A stretch of 64,000 nucleotides of DNA, from positions 4,704,001 to 4,768,000 of the forward strand of contig OZ257156.1 in the NCBI GenBank assembly GCA_965279375.1, given 5' to 3'. The translations under genes and the position numbers were made by a program. The DNA is from Gemmatimonas sp. (GTDB taxonomy: Bacteria > Gemmatimonadota > Gemmatimonadetes > Gemmatimonadales > Gemmatimonadaceae). This document shows, one piece after another, positions 21,215-31,559 of this stretch. Each line of letters begins with the position of its first letter. Within the stretch, counting starts at the first letter, position 1. Below the pieces are notes generated by a model. It ran no database searches. It was not told the origin of the DNA and saw nothing but the letters and a program-made list of their open reading frames with translations.

Positions 21215-22773
21215 CTGACGCCATCAAGAGAGGAGGGAAAGGTGCGCGGAGCGCTCCAGCGGATCGTGGCGACGCTGCGGGCGGGGAGCGTGAGCCGAGT
21301 GCCCGCCGCGGCCAAGCCGCTGACCGTGACGAAGACCTGCTCCGGATTTCCGTTGGCGACGATCAGCGTGCGCGAACCATCGCGGGCATCCTGAAACGAA
21401 ACATGCGAAAGCGCGACCAGCGCGCCAGCGACAGTCGTCGAACTGATACGCGTCGCACCCGGGTGCACAAATCGACTGGCATGCGCGAGCGCATAGTACT
21501 CCTCGTTGCGCGTCACCGCGCCACTCGCTGAATCCACGGTGATCACGCCGCGGCAGTCTGCGCATCCACCCAGATGCGGACCGTGCCGCGCGTCGAGCGC
21601 GAGATTCCACAGCGTCACGCCGCGCGCCCATTCACGCGTGGCGCCGATCACGAGCGTCTGCACATTCCAGAGAAAGTTCTCGCCCCAATTGGGGGCCCAC
21701 GCGCCGCCAGCGCACTCGGTGAAATACGTCGCCACTTCGGGAAACCGATCATGCACCGTGCGCTGCGCACTCACGTCGCCGGCGTAGCAGTGCCAGGCTA
21801 CGCCGTGGACGTAGCGCCGCGCCGAAGAATCAGCGAGCACCGCCAGCGGAGAGGCAGGCGTGTCCCAGTTGTGGTCCCATTCGAGCAGACGGGTCGTGCT
21901 TCCGGTGCGCTCCAACAGCGGCCCCAGCTCGCGTCCAATCAGCGCGATGCGCTGCGCCGGTGAGAGCAGCATGCCCGGGTAGTCCTTGGTGGCGTTGTCC
22001 GGTTCATTCTGCACGGATAAGAGATCGATCGGGGCTCCGGCGTCACTCCACGCTTTGAGCACGCGTTGCAGATAGACGGCGTACCAGTGCACCGCATCGT
22101 CGCGCAGTGTCCCTCCGGCCAACTGACCGTTGCTCTTCATCCATGCCGGCGCGCTCCACGGAGCCGCGATCACCACCAGCTGCGGGTTGATCGAACGCAG
22201 CTGGCGAATCAGCGCGATCCGATCGCGATCGCGGGCAATGGAGAAGTGTGCAAAGGCCGTATCACGCACTCCGGCTGGCGCATCGTCCAATGTGTAGTGC
22301 GATTCCGAAAAATCGGACGCCCCGATCGGCACACGCACGATGTTGAGCCCAATGCCCTCGGTTGGCGAGAAGAGCTCGCGCAGCAGCCGACCGCGGGCGG
22401 CGGCCGGCAATCGCTGCAGTACGATCGCGGATGCATCGGTCAGTGCAGCGCCCACGCCAACCATCGGTTGCAGCGCCACCGTCGTGTCGATCGAGATGGT
22501 CGCGCTCGCGCTCGTTGGTGCGAGCGTAGCCGCAGCGGGGCCTGTGTCCCCTCGTGCAATCGAAATTTCGACGAGCAGCTGACGCCGATCTGCGGTGGTC
22601 AGCCAACCACGTACTTCAGGCGACGCGTCAGTGTGCGAGGTGCGCGGAGCGAACGACGAGGCGTGACAGCCTGAAAACACCATCACCGAAAGCGCGACGC
22701 CCACGGCAGCGGCCCATGCGCGACCCGCCGAGACGTGCCATGCACGAGTTGCGGAGTCCGACGGCCTAGGCAC
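21211..22773 (-). CDS. GH30 glycoside hydrolase, lipoprotein (beta-1,6-glucanase-like)
   Basis: Lipobox FSGC, RVPIGASDF, APWSAPAWMK, VQNEP (acid/base), FTEC (nucleophile), WNLALD. Confidence 0.88.
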   Translation of the reverse strand: MPRPSDSATRAWHVSAGRAWAAAVGVALSVMVFSGCHASSFAPRTSHTDASPEVRGWLTTADRRQLLVEISIARGDTGPAAATLAPTSASATISIDTTVALQPMVGVGAALTDASAIVLQRLPAAARGRLLRELFSPTEGIGLNIVRVPIGASDFSESHYTLDDAPAGVRDTAFAHFSIARDRDRIALIRQLRSINPQLVVIAAPWSAPAWMKSNGQLAGGTLRDDAVHWYAVYLQRVLKAWSDAGAPIDLLSVQNEPDNATKDYPGMLLSPAQRIALIGRELGPLLERTGSTTRLLEWDHNWDTPASPLAVLADSSARRYVHGVAWHCYAGDVSAQRTVHDRFPEVATYFTECAGGAWAPNWGENFLWNVQTLVIGATREWARGVTLWNLALDARHGPHLGGCADCRGVITVDSASGAVTRNEEYYALAHASRFVHPGATRISSTTVAGALVALSHVSFQDARDGSRTLIVANGNPEQVFVTVSGLAAAGTRLTLPARSVATIRWSAPRTFPSSLDGVR

Positions 22774-23572
22774 TCACGCCAAGCCAGCGCTCCAACGCCT
22801 CACGACGTGAGCGACTCACCCGCAGCCGGGTGCCGCCCTTGAGCTGCACCTCGTAGTCGCCGCCGGCAGCCTTGTGCAACGTGTCGACGAGCGCGAGTCG
22901 CACGATAGCCGTGCGATGAATGCGAAAGAACTGCGCGGGATCGAGGCGCTCTTCGAGCATCTGCATCGGCTCGCGAATGAGCAGCACGCGCCCGCCCACG
23001 TGCAGCTCCGCGTATGGTCCGCTCGACGTGATGTAGTCGATCTGCTCCACCGGCACCACGCGTACCTGGCCGCGCGTTTCCACGGCAATGCGCTCGAGAT
23101 ACTGTGCAGCAGGTGGCGCGGGCGCGTCTGGCGTTGCGGGCGGCTCCACGTGCAACAACGCCAACATCTGTTCGCGCAGCCGACCGAGTCCTTCCAGTCC
23201 GATCAGGTGTCGCGCGCGCCGGAATGCCTGTTCGAACCGCTCATCGTCGAATGGCTTGACGAGATAGTCCACCGCCGAGACGTCGAAGGCCTGCAGCGCG
23301 TACTGATCGAACGCTGTCACAAAGATCGTGGCAGGCATCCGCTCGGCGCCGATATGTCGCACCACGTCAAAGCCCGTGCGTCCGGGCATCTGCACGTCGA
23401 GAAAGACCAGATCGGGACGGAGCCGCTCGATGGCGTCGACGGCCGCGTCGCCATCCGTCGCGACGCCGATCAGCTCGACCCCGGCCTCATGTCGCAGCAA
23501 ATCTTCGAGTCGCATGCGGGCCAGCGGCTCATCATCCACGATGAGCACCCGCAGCGGCGGACTCTCAGCCAT
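22766..23572 (-). CDS. LytTR-family response regulator
   Basis: VDDEPLAR, FLDVQMP, DYLVKP, FFRIHRTAIV, VSRSR. Confidence 0.95.
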   Translation of the reverse strand: MAESPPLRVLIVDDEPLARMRLEDLLRHEAGVELIGVATDGDAAVDAIERLRPDLVFLDVQMPGRTGFDVVRHIGAERMPATIFVTAFDQYALQAFDVSAVDYLVKPFDDERFEQAFRRARHLIGLEGLGRLREQMLALLHVEPPATPDAPAPPAAQYLERIAVETRGQVRVVPVEQIDYITSSGPYAELHVGGRVLLIREPMQMLEERLDPAQFFRIHRTAIVRLALVDTLHKAAGGDYEVQLKGGTRLRVSRSRREALERWLGVSA

Positions 23573-24896
23573 GCACCGGCCCCGGAGTGAGCGTGACTGC
23601 CGTGGCGGACGTTGACGGTGGCGGTGTTGCGGCGGCCCCGCTCGCGGCCAAGCTGTTCTCGGCGATTGAGGTCGTGCGCAGGTCGGACGCGGTGTGATAC
23701 GGGAGCCGCACTTCGGCGAGCGTGCCGCCGCCCTCGGCGGGCGCAATGATGAACGACTGCTTCGCGCCGTACAGCTGCTGCAGTCGCGCCATCGTATTGC
23801 GAACGCCGACGCCGCCGGGCGTTTTCGTGGGCAGCACCGCGGCATCGCGATCCGGTCCCGGTCCGTTGTCCTTGACCGACAGCACCAGCACTGCCTGCTC
23901 GCGGCGGACGTCGATCACGATGCGTCCCGCGCCGCCCACGCGCTCCACGCCGTGGCGAATCGCGTTCTCCACAATCGGCTGCAGGATCATGTTCGGCACG
24001 AGCGCGTCGGCCGCATCCGGGGCCACGTTCGTCTGCACTTCGAGCGCGCCCTGAAAGCGTACCTGCATGATCTCGATGTATCGCGTGAGCAGCTCGAGCT
24101 CCTTGCTCAGCGCGATCTCCGGTTCGCTGGCGTCTTCGATGCTGTGCCGCAGCAAATCACTGAGTCGCGAAATCATGCGGCGTACGCCGCGCGGATCGCG
24201 CTCGACCAGCGACGAGACAGCGTGCAGCGTGTTGAACAGGAAGTGCGGATCGAGCTGGCGGCGCAGCGCATCGAGCCGTGCTTCGGCCAGCTGTGCCTTG
24301 AGCTGCGAGGCCTGCTCCTGCCGCAATCGTGAGCTGAGCGAGTACGCACGCGCAAAACCGCCGGCAATCACGCCCATGGCGATGCTCACGTCGTTCAAAA
24401 ACTGAAAGCCGCCTAGCCCGAACGACCACCATGGGCGCGAACGAGGCGGACCACCGCCACCTCGCCCAAAACCGTTGCGTCCAAAGCCACCGCGCCGCGC
24501 CTGCGGGAAGGCCGCATCGCGCACCGCATCCACGACGGTGCTGGCAATGAGCGCCGCCACCAACACGGCGACCACCAGCAACAGCACACGCAGTACACGT
24601 CGCTGATCGTCGGCGATCGTACGCGCGGCCAAAATGAAAAGCGGCACCGTGAGAATCGCCCACGTCATCGCCTGCGTCAGCGAGACGATGCTCGTCGCCA
24701 GCCAGATCTCTTGATCAGTCCCTGGACGCCGCGGATCGAGCGCGCGATTGGCAAACGTGACCAACGCAAACAGCAACCAGAAGGCCGCGATGAGCGCGAT
24801 CTCTCGGCCGGTGATGAGCGACGCGCTTGTGCGAAACTCGCCGGTGGGAAGGGCGAACCGGGCGGCAGGGCCGGAGAGCGGGCGCGAGCGGGACAT
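23565..24896 (-). CDS. LytS/YehU-type membrane histidine kinase
   Basis: About 4 TM segments, QLDPHFLFNTL, LQPIVENAIRHG, DNGPG, GVGVRNT. Confidence 0.92.
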   Translation of the reverse strand: MSRSRPLSGPAARFALPTGEFRTSASLITGREIALIAAFWLLFALVTFANRALDPRRPGTDQEIWLATSIVSLTQAMTWAILTVPLFILAARTIADDQRRVLRVLLLVVAVLVAALIASTVVDAVRDAAFPQARRGGFGRNGFGRGGGGPPRSRPWWSFGLGGFQFLNDVSIAMGVIAGGFARAYSLSSRLRQEQASQLKAQLAEARLDALRRQLDPHFLFNTLHAVSSLVERDPRGVRRMISRLSDLLRHSIEDASEPEIALSKELELLTRYIEIMQVRFQGALEVQTNVAPDAADALVPNMILQPIVENAIRHGVERVGGAGRIVIDVRREQAVLVLSVKDNGPGPDRDAAVLPTKTPGGVGVRNTMARLQQLYGAKQSFIIAPAEGGGTLAEVRLPYHTASDLRTTSIAENSLAASGAAATPPPSTSATAVTLTPGPVHG

Positions 24897-24968
24897 GAGG
24901 GAAAGCTAAGATGCCTGCCTTTGGACGGCACTCCCGGTGGCGTGGATGGCACGTGGAGATGCACGGAT

Positions 24969-25050
24969 GGCGCGGCTGGCGTTTTGTTTGGCTACCAGCC
25001 CGCTCGCGAGGCCGCATCGCTCAATCCGATTCAGGCGCTCCATTACGTGA
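24969..25050 (+). pseudogene. C-terminal remnant of a MacB/FtsX-type ABC permease
   Basis: Translates GAAGVLFGYQPAREAASLNPIQALHY, matching the typical terminal motif G..FG.YPA..AA.L.PI.ALRYE. No upstream gene body. Confidence 0.65.
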
Positions 25051-26097
25051 AGCCGGCGGTCCGTCGCCTGCAGGCGCGTCGACCGGCGGAACAACCGTCG
25101 ACGAACTCCCCAGCGAAAGTATTTCCGCGGAGACCTCGTCCATCGGCGGCCACTCGAGCGCGGGAACGGTAGGCAGTTCTGCCGAACCACCCTGCACCGA
25201 CGGATAGCGCTCGCGCGGCGCGCCCGACGGACCGTGCACAGTTGGCGACTTGCGCAGAAACGCACCGAGAATCCCTGCCGCGGCGAAGAGCACCAGCGCG
25301 ATCCACCACGGCATGCGCCGCACCGGCGGTGATTCGCGCTGCAGCGATACCGCCACCAGCGTTCCCGTTTCGGCGCGCGCACCGGAGTCTGGCTGTTGCG
25401 CCGTGATCATCGAATCCACTGGCACACTGTCGCTGGGCATGATCTCGCCCAAGCCCAGTTGCGCTGCGCGCAGTCGCACCCGCGCATCGGTCAGCGACAG
25501 CCCCACGACCGACGGCACGTTCACCTGACGTCGCGCGCCCGACGAATCGAAAAGCGATTCCGCGCGACCCACGGTGAGCAATACTTCCGCGCCCGAGATG
25601 ACCGGCGTGCCCGCGGCCGGTTCCTGCGCCAGCACGCGATCCCCTTCCCCGTCGATCGACGTCCGCCGTTCAAGAATGATGACGTCCGCCGAGAGCGATG
25701 AAAGCGCCGAACGCGCGGCACCCTGCAGCGCTCCGACCACGTTGGGCATCGCCACCGGCCCCGTAGGCGACGAGTCAGTCGGCGTGTCCGACACGACGAT
25801 GGCGACGGCACGCCCGCGCTCGAGCATCGCACCGGCGCGTGGACGTTGCGTGATCACCAAGCCCGTGCTGCCCGTCGGCCCCGGCATCACCGACACCAGC
25901 GGCGAAAAACCCGCGTCACGCAGTCGTTGTCGTGCCTGATCACGCGCGAGTCCGATCACCGCAGGCACTCGACGCGCGGTCGATGCGGCCGCTGTGGCTT
26001 GCGCGTCGTCCGTCGTCTGCGCCAGGAGTCGCTGCGCATACAACGCCTGCACCAACAGTACGCACGCGACACTCCAATTCCTTCGGAGTGCCGTCAT
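25021..26097 (-). CDS. Exported protein with three PASTA domains and a C-terminal TM anchor
   Basis: Signal peptide, repeats VPAVIG / MPNVVG / VPSVVG each followed by V..Q.P..G, TM WWIALVLFAAAGILGAFLRK. Confidence 0.8.
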   Translation of the reverse strand: MTALRRNWSVACVLLVQALYAQRLLAQTTDDAQATAAASTARRVPAVIGLARDQARQRLRDAGFSPLVSVMPGPTGSTGLVITQRPRAGAMLERGRAVAIVVSDTPTDSSPTGPVAMPNVVGALQGAARSALSSLSADVIILERRTSIDGEGDRVLAQEPAAGTPVISGAEVLLTVGRAESLFDSSGARRQVNVPSVVGLSLTDARVRLRAAQLGLGEIMPSDSVPVDSMITAQQPDSGARAETGTLVAVSLQRESPPVRRMPWWIALVLFAAAGILGAFLRKSPTVHGPSGAPRERYPSVQGGSAELPTVPALEWPPMDEVSAEILSLGSSSTVVPPVDAPAGDGPPASRNGAPESD

Positions 26098-26309
26098 CGG
26101 CGAGATTCGTTTGTTGCGCGGTGTGGGACGCATCGACACCAGAATCCTGCGATCGTACGAGACTGCTGCATGACTGCGGCAACGGACGTGACTGTACCCA
26201 ACATGCGTTGAGCGCGTGGTTCGCGTCTATAGCACCGGAGCCAGCGGTCGAGTCCGTTTGCTGTCGTACGTCACATGACCCGTCACGATGTGGCAGTCGG
26301 TACCACTAC

Positions 26310-27332
26310 TCAGGTACGCTCGTCACCAAGTCGCTTGTCTGGCATCACGTATCCCTGCACATAGTCGGCGATGGCGGACGCGAGCGGAAGCTGCGGCTGA
26401 GCGAATCCCGTCCCCTGCAATCGGCTGATGTCGGCCTGCGTGAAGTACTGATAGCGATCACGCATCGTCTCCGGCATCTCGATGAACTCGATCGCGGGCT
26501 CGCGTCCCATCGCGGCGAAGAGCGCAGCGGTCAGTTCGAGCCACGTGTGCGCGATACCTGATCCGATATTGAACAGTCCGTGCGCCTCTCGATGCATCGC
26601 CAGGTGCAACGACATGGCGACCACGTCCTTCACGTACACGAAGTCACGGCGCTGTTCACCATCGGCGAATTCTGGCCGGTAGCTCCTGAACAGCTTCACC
26701 TTGCCCGTGTCGCGCACCTGCTCGTACGCCTTCTGCACGAGGCTGCGCATCTCCCCTTTGTGCGCTTCGTTGGGGCCGTACACGTTGAAGAACTTGAGCC
26801 CGACGATGCGATCGAGGATCCCGTTGGCCAGGGCATACTGATCGAACAGCTGTTTCGAATAGCCGTACGCGTTGAGCGGCCGCAGCTTGCCCAGATCGCG
26901 CGGAGACCGAATGATGTCGTCCATCCCTTCGGCGCCGTCGCCGTACGTGGCCGCGGACGAGGCGTAGACGAAGCGCGCATCGTGCGACAAGCACCAATGC
27001 GCCAGCCGCTTCGTGAACTCGAAATTGTTGTGCACGAGAAACGTCGCATCGCGTTCGAGCGTGGACGAGCACGCGCCCATGTGCAGCACCACATCAAAGC
27101 GACCCAACGCGCCGGACTCCAGGCGCTCGAGCAGCGACTCTGCTTCGAGATAGTCCTCAAACGCGAGCGGCGCGAGGTTGCGCCACTTGTCGCTCTTCCC
27201 CAACCGGTCCGAGACCACCACGCGATCGACGCCGAGCGTGTTCAGTCCCCACACGAGGGCACTGCCGATGAAACCGGCGCCGCCGGTGACGAGCACGCGA
27301 CGCGGAACGCGCGCATCAGGAGAAGTGTGCAT
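26310..27332 (-). CDS. hldD: ADP-L-glycero-D-manno-heptose 6-epimerase
   Basis: VTGGAGFIGS, HMGACSST, YASSAATYG, PLNAYGYSK, FNVYGPNE.HKG.M.S, RDFVYV, YQYFTQAD. Confidence 0.92.
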   Translation of the reverse strand: MHTSPDARVPRRVLVTGGAGFIGSALVWGLNTLGVDRVVVSDRLGKSDKWRNLAPLAFEDYLEAESLLERLESGALGRFDVVLHMGACSSTLERDATFLVHNNFEFTKRLAHWCLSHDARFVYASSAATYGDGAEGMDDIIRSPRDLGKLRPLNAYGYSKQLFDQYALANGILDRIVGLKFFNVYGPNEAHKGEMRSLVQKAYEQVRDTGKVKLFRSYRPEFADGEQRRDFVYVKDVVAMSLHLAMHREAHGLFNIGSGIAHTWLELTAALFAAMGREPAIEFIEMPETMRDRYQYFTQADISRLQGTGFAQPQLPLASAIADYVQGYVMPDKRLGDERT

Positions 27333-27511
27333 CAGACCTTGGGCAGACGAGTTCGTGCGCGGTCATCCCCAACACCACGCACGCAGAAGCAACGCGACCA
27401 GACGCGTCAGTCTGCCACACACGGCGGGCGCGGCGCAACCACTCGGCGCGACGTCTCTCGATCATCCCGCACTGCGATGCTTCCAGTCGTCGCGTACCGA
27501 CAGGCGTTTCC

Positions 27512-28663
27512 CTACAGGGCGCGACAGACCGCCGCGCGCTGCTGAACGATTGGCGGGACCAACCACGGCGACAGGGCGGGCCATCCCCCTGCCATACGAG
27601 CCCGCTGCACCACTCGGTCGTCGCGGAGCCCGTTCTTCTCGAATGCGTCAAGCGCGTGCAGCAGCAGAGGTGTGAGTTCGTTCGCGCGAGGGACGTCCGC
27701 CACGGCGGCGGCCAGCGCCTCGAGTCCGGTGCGCCGATCGGCGTCCGCACCGACGAGCAGTTCACGCGCCCGCAGGCACACGCCCACGAACCCGGCGTCC
27801 ACCGCGGCCAGCCGCAGTGACGGGGCCAACGTGCGGTCCTGTGCGATCGCCAACAGTCGGCCGTCGCGCAGGTCGATGCCGAGCGCTCGTAGCTGCAGCA
27901 CCGTCGCATGGCTGACTGAGGCTCCCTCGCGCGCCATGGTGGCCAGCCGCAGCGCCTGCGACGCCGCGACCGGCTGCTCCGCCTGACGTGCGGCGCGATC
28001 GAGCAGCCGCGCGCCGTGCTGAACGAGCGACCGGCCGATCATCGCGTCAAGCATCGTCGGCTGGTCGACGAAGTGCCGCGCCGCTGCAATCGTCTCTCGC
28101 GCGCGCAGCATCGCCATGTCGGCGTCTCCAACGAGCAGCGCGGAATCCGCCTCCGCTTCGCTCAGTCGCACGAAACGCTGCAGCGCCGGCCACGAGCGCA
28201 CAGGGAGCTCCCACGGGAGCTGTACGCCGCCTAACCCGGTCGTGTAGCCCCACAGCGCTGGCAGCGGGGCGCTCCGGGCCCACGCGCGCAAGCTCTGCTG
28301 CGCCTCCACCCCACTCGTCGCCGCCTCCGCACGCGCCGCAATCCAGACGCTCCCGTTCTCAGCATTCGGCTCGGCGCGATCGGCTGTGCGGGTGAGCGCG
28401 ACCACACGACGAAGCGCCGCCGAGTCGAGTGGGGGCGGGTTGCCGAGCGGGGCGATGACGGAGTCGAGGAGTGCGCGCATCGCCGAGCGACGGCGAAATG
28501 GTGCCAGATCGAGCCTGCCGGAGGCGGCCTCACGCGGCGTACGGCGGGCGCTGTCGCCAGCCACGATCACGGTCGCGGCCGTTCCGGTGGTCAGGACCGC
28601 CGCGATCACCAACAGCGTCGACCGTAGCAGCGTGACCGGAAGCGAGCGTGCGGTCGATGGCAT
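27512..28663 (-). CDS. Hypothetical helical protein with N-terminal TM/signal
   Basis: Long ORF with host-like codon use filling the gap. No family recognised and start uncertain. Confidence 0.6.
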   Translation of the reverse strand: MPSTARSLPVTLLRSTLLVIAAVLTTGTAATVIVAGDSARRTPREAASGRLDLAPFRRRSAMRALLDSVIAPLGNPPPLDSAALRRVVALTRTADRAEPNAENGSVWIAARAEAATSGVEAQQSLRAWARSAPLPALWGYTTGLGGVQLPWELPVRSWPALQRFVRLSEAEADSALLVGDADMAMLRARETIAAARHFVDQPTMLDAMIGRSLVQHGARLLDRAARQAEQPVAASQALRLATMAREGASVSHATVLQLRALGIDLRDGRLLAIAQDRTLAPSLRLAAVDAGFVGVCLRARELLVGADADRRTGLEALAAAVADVPRANELTPLLLHALDAFEKNGLRDDRVVQRARMAGGWPALSPWLVPPIVQQRAAVCRAL

Positions 28664-28835
28664 CAGGTGGGGCGGCGGGTGGGCACAGCGCGGCGATGCC
28701 GACAGGTCGGACGGAAGTCGTACGCCGCCCCCTCTCCCGAAATTCCGGACAGTCCGCACATTTCCTACGCACGGTCTGGCTGCGCGTCACGCATCGTCAC
28801 CCGTGCGCCCTCCTCTGTCACCACCCCTGCCGCCG

Positions 28836-29048
28836 ATGCCCCGAAAGCCCACAGTGCTCGCCAACACGCTGGACACCGTGAAGCGGTGCGCCAATGTCGT
28901 GCGTCGCATCATCGGCGTGCCGGACTACGATCGGTATCTCGTGCACATGACGACGCATCACCCGGACGTCATTCCGATGACGCCCCGCGAGTTCGAGCGC
29001 GTGCGCCTCAACGATCGCTACACGCAGCCTGGCTCACGCTGCTGCTGA
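28836..29048 (+). CDS. YbdD/YjiX (DUF466)-family small protein
   Basis: IGVPDYDRYLVHM..HHPD..PMT.REF.....DRY.....RCC. Confidence 0.85.
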   Translation: MPRKPTVLANTLDTVKRCANVVRRIIGVPDYDRYLVHMTTHHPDVIPMTPREFERVRLNDRYTQPGSRCC

Positions 29049-30329
29049 GGGAGTCGGCGGCGACGCCGAGCGCGCAACGGTCGCGAGGAGCAGCGCTGCG
29101 GACAGCGACAGGGCCGCGCCTACGGTAAAGGCGAACGGCGCGCCAAGCCGGTCCCAGAGCGTGCCAAAGAGCACCGACGCAGGCAACGCCGCGATCCCGA
29201 TCGTCGCGTGATACCACCCGAACGCCGTCCCGCGCCGCGACGCGCCCACGAGATCGGCCACGAGCGCCTTCTCGCTCCCTTCGGTCAGCCCAAACACGAC
29301 GCCGTAGATCGCGAACAGCAGCCACGCATGCAGCGGGGTGCTCGCGCGGGCGAAGCCCACGTAGACGAGCGCATACAGCAGCCAACCCGAGACGATCAGC
29401 GGTCGCCGACCGAGCCGATCAGAGAGCGCGCCACCCGGTGTGCTCGAGGCGCTTTTCACCAGATGCAGCACCACCCACAGCAGCGGGATCATCGCCGTCG
29501 GCACCCCTAACTGCGACGCACGCAACAGCAGGAACGCGTCGGTGGAGTTACCGAGCGTGAAGAGCAGCATCGGTACCATCGTGATCCAGAACTGACTCGG
29601 CAGCGGCGTTCGATCGGCGGAGGCGTCGGATCCCGCGTTCATGGAATCGGGTGCTGCGCCTGCGCGCGCGGCGACCCGAGGTTCACGCACCATCACGACG
29701 GCCACCACGACCGCCAGCACGCCCGGGATCGTTGCCACCCAGAATAGGTGGCGCACCGGCATGTCGAGCAATCGCAGGCAGAGCAGCGCGACCAGCGGCC
29801 CGATCACCGCTCCGGCGTGGTCAGCCGCCCGATGGAAGCCAAACGCCCGCCCACAGTGCTCCGCCGGTGTGGAGGCCGCCAGCAGCGCATCGCGCGGCGC
29901 ACCACGAATCCCCTTGCCGACACGGTCCACAAGACGGATCATGAGCACTTGCGATGCGGAGTGCGCCACCGCCACCAGCGGACGCACCAGCGTTGCGATC
30001 GTGTAGCCCGCCACAATCAACGGCTTGCGACGCGCCACCCGGTCCGACCACCAGCCGCTCGCCAGCTTCAGCAACGCCGCCAGCGACTCGGCGCCTCCCT
30101 CGATCACACCCACCATGCTCGCCGACGCTCCCAGCGTGCCTACCAGAAACAGCGGCAGCAGCGGCGCGATGATCTCGCTGGATGCGTCCGTGAGCAAGCT
30201 GACGAGCGCCAAGGCCACGACGTTGCGACTGGGGCGCCACGGCGCCGCGGCCACACGCGCCCGGTCCGGCGCCGACGCATGCACACGCTGATCGTCCGCT
30301 GATGCCGACTCGTTGGCTGGTGCCTTCAT
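29034..30329 (-). CDS. MFS transporter
   Basis: About 12 TM segments, G.WSDR..RRKP and GALSDRLGRR loops, DRVGKGIRGAPRDA. Start uncertain. Confidence 0.9.
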   Translation of the reverse strand: MKAPANESASADDQRVHASAPDRARVAAAPWRPSRNVVALALVSLLTDASSEIIAPLLPLFLVGTLGASASMVGVIEGGAESLAALLKLASGWWSDRVARRKPLIVAGYTIATLVRPLVAVAHSASQVLMIRLVDRVGKGIRGAPRDALLAASTPAEHCGRAFGFHRAADHAGAVIGPLVALLCLRLLDMPVRHLFWVATIPGVLAVVVAVVMVREPRVAARAGAAPDSMNAGSDASADRTPLPSQFWITMVPMLLFTLGNSTDAFLLLRASQLGVPTAMIPLLWVVLHLVKSASSTPGGALSDRLGRRPLIVSGWLLYALVYVGFARASTPLHAWLLFAIYGVVFGLTEGSEKALVADLVGASRRGTAFGWYHATIGIAALPASVLFGTLWDRLGAPFAFTVGAALSLSAALLLATVARSASPPTPSAAA

Positions 30330-31543
30330 CGCAAGCGGACGACGCGTGGAAAGAGGAGCTGCTGGCGTACTGGCGACGCCAGCAACGCTGGGTACTCGAG
30401 AAGCAAGTCACGATCGCGGAAACTCCAGCGCCCACCGGACACGAAAGCGCACGGGCCGCGCTGGTGCAACGGGAGTGGACGGCAGCCGGACTTCAGGCGA
30501 CGCGCATCGACGCGGCCGGCAACGTGATCGCGCGGGTCACCGCAAATCCAACGATCGCCATCGCGCACGACCATTCACCGGCGCGCGCACCGCTCGTCTG
30601 TCTTGCTCACCTCGACACGGTCTTTCCCGCCGAAGCGCCACTGCGCGCGCAACGCGTCGGATCGCAGGTGCACTGTCCGGGCATCGGCGATAACAGTCGT
30701 GGCCTAGCCGCCACCATCGCACTGGCGCACGCGTTGCAGTCCCCCGCCATTCGCACGCGTCTGACCCGTACCGTAGAGCTAGTGGCAACCGTTGGCGAGG
30801 AAGGCGAAGGCAATCTGCGCGGCGCGCGCGCCTACTTCGACGAACTTCAGGCGCACGGACTCGACGCGTACGCCGCGATCGCCATCGATGGACCGGGCGA
30901 CAGCACGATCGTACATCATGCGGTAGGCTCGGAGCGAGTGCGCATTCACTTCACCGGACACAGCGGCCACAGCTGGGTGAATGCAGGCACGCCAAATCCG
31001 GTGCATGCGGCCGGCGCGCTCATCGCGATGCTCGCGCGGCTGGCCGAGCATGAGCGACCGCACGCCGCCATCACGGTGAGTCGCATGGGCGGCGGTGAGT
31101 CGCTCACCAGTATTCCGCGCGCCGCGTGGATCGACGTGGACATTCGCGCCATGGACGCCGCACGCGTGACACGACTGCACGCCAGCATCCTGCAGCTCGC
31201 ACAGCGCGCCGCGGACGATGAATCGCGCGCACGGCCCGCGCTTGGCTTGCTCGTGCACACCGAACCGCTGGGCAGTCGCCCAGCCGGCCATCTCGATGCC
31301 GAACACCCACTCGTTCAGACCGCCGCGCGCATTACCGAACGCGTCGGACGCGCACCGCGTTCAGGATCGGCCTCCACCGATGCGAACGTGCCGTTGTCGC
31401 GCGGCATTCCGGCGATCGCCATCGGTGCGGGGGGCAGCGGCGGCGATGCGCACACGCTCAGCGAATGGTTTGACGACAACGAAAGCGACGTGGGGCTGAC
31501 GCGACTGATCGACTTGGTTGTCTCGGTTGCCTGCGCACCGTAG
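30302..31543 (+). CDS. M20/M25/M40 metallo-hydrolase (PepT-like)
   Basis: AHLDTVF, PGIGDN, VGEEGEG, STDAN, AHTLSEW. Start uncertain because it overlaps the MFS start. Confidence 0.85.
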   Translation: MPTRWLVPSSQADDAWKEELLAYWRRQQRWVLEKQVTIAETPAPTGHESARAALVQREWTAAGLQATRIDAAGNVIARVTANPTIAIAHDHSPARAPLVCLAHLDTVFPAEAPLRAQRVGSQVHCPGIGDNSRGLAATIALAHALQSPAIRTRLTRTVELVATVGEEGEGNLRGARAYFDELQAHGLDAYAAIAIDGPGDSTIVHHAVGSERVRIHFTGHSGHSWVNAGTPNPVHAAGALIAMLARLAEHERPHAAITVSRMGGGESLTSIPRAAWIDVDIRAMDAARVTRLHASILQLAQRAADDESRARPALGLLVHTEPLGSRPAGHLDAEHPLVQTAARITERVGRAPRSGSASTDANVPLSRGIPAIAIGAGGSGGDAHTLSEWFDDNESDVGLTRLIDLVVSVACAP

Positions 31544-31559
31544 CGACGCAACCGATTCG

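Noticed and set aside
29040..29075. Selenocysteine read-through at the TGA after the YbdD-like RCC, with a small downstream hairpin
   Set aside because: Both terminal Cys are TGC and the protein already ends where the family ends. The hairpin lies in the antisense MFS coding sequence.
30302..30329. Head-to-head overlap of the MFS and M20 peptidase genes as a regulatory device
   Set aside because: Both start codons are uncertain, so the overlap may be an ORF-calling artefact.
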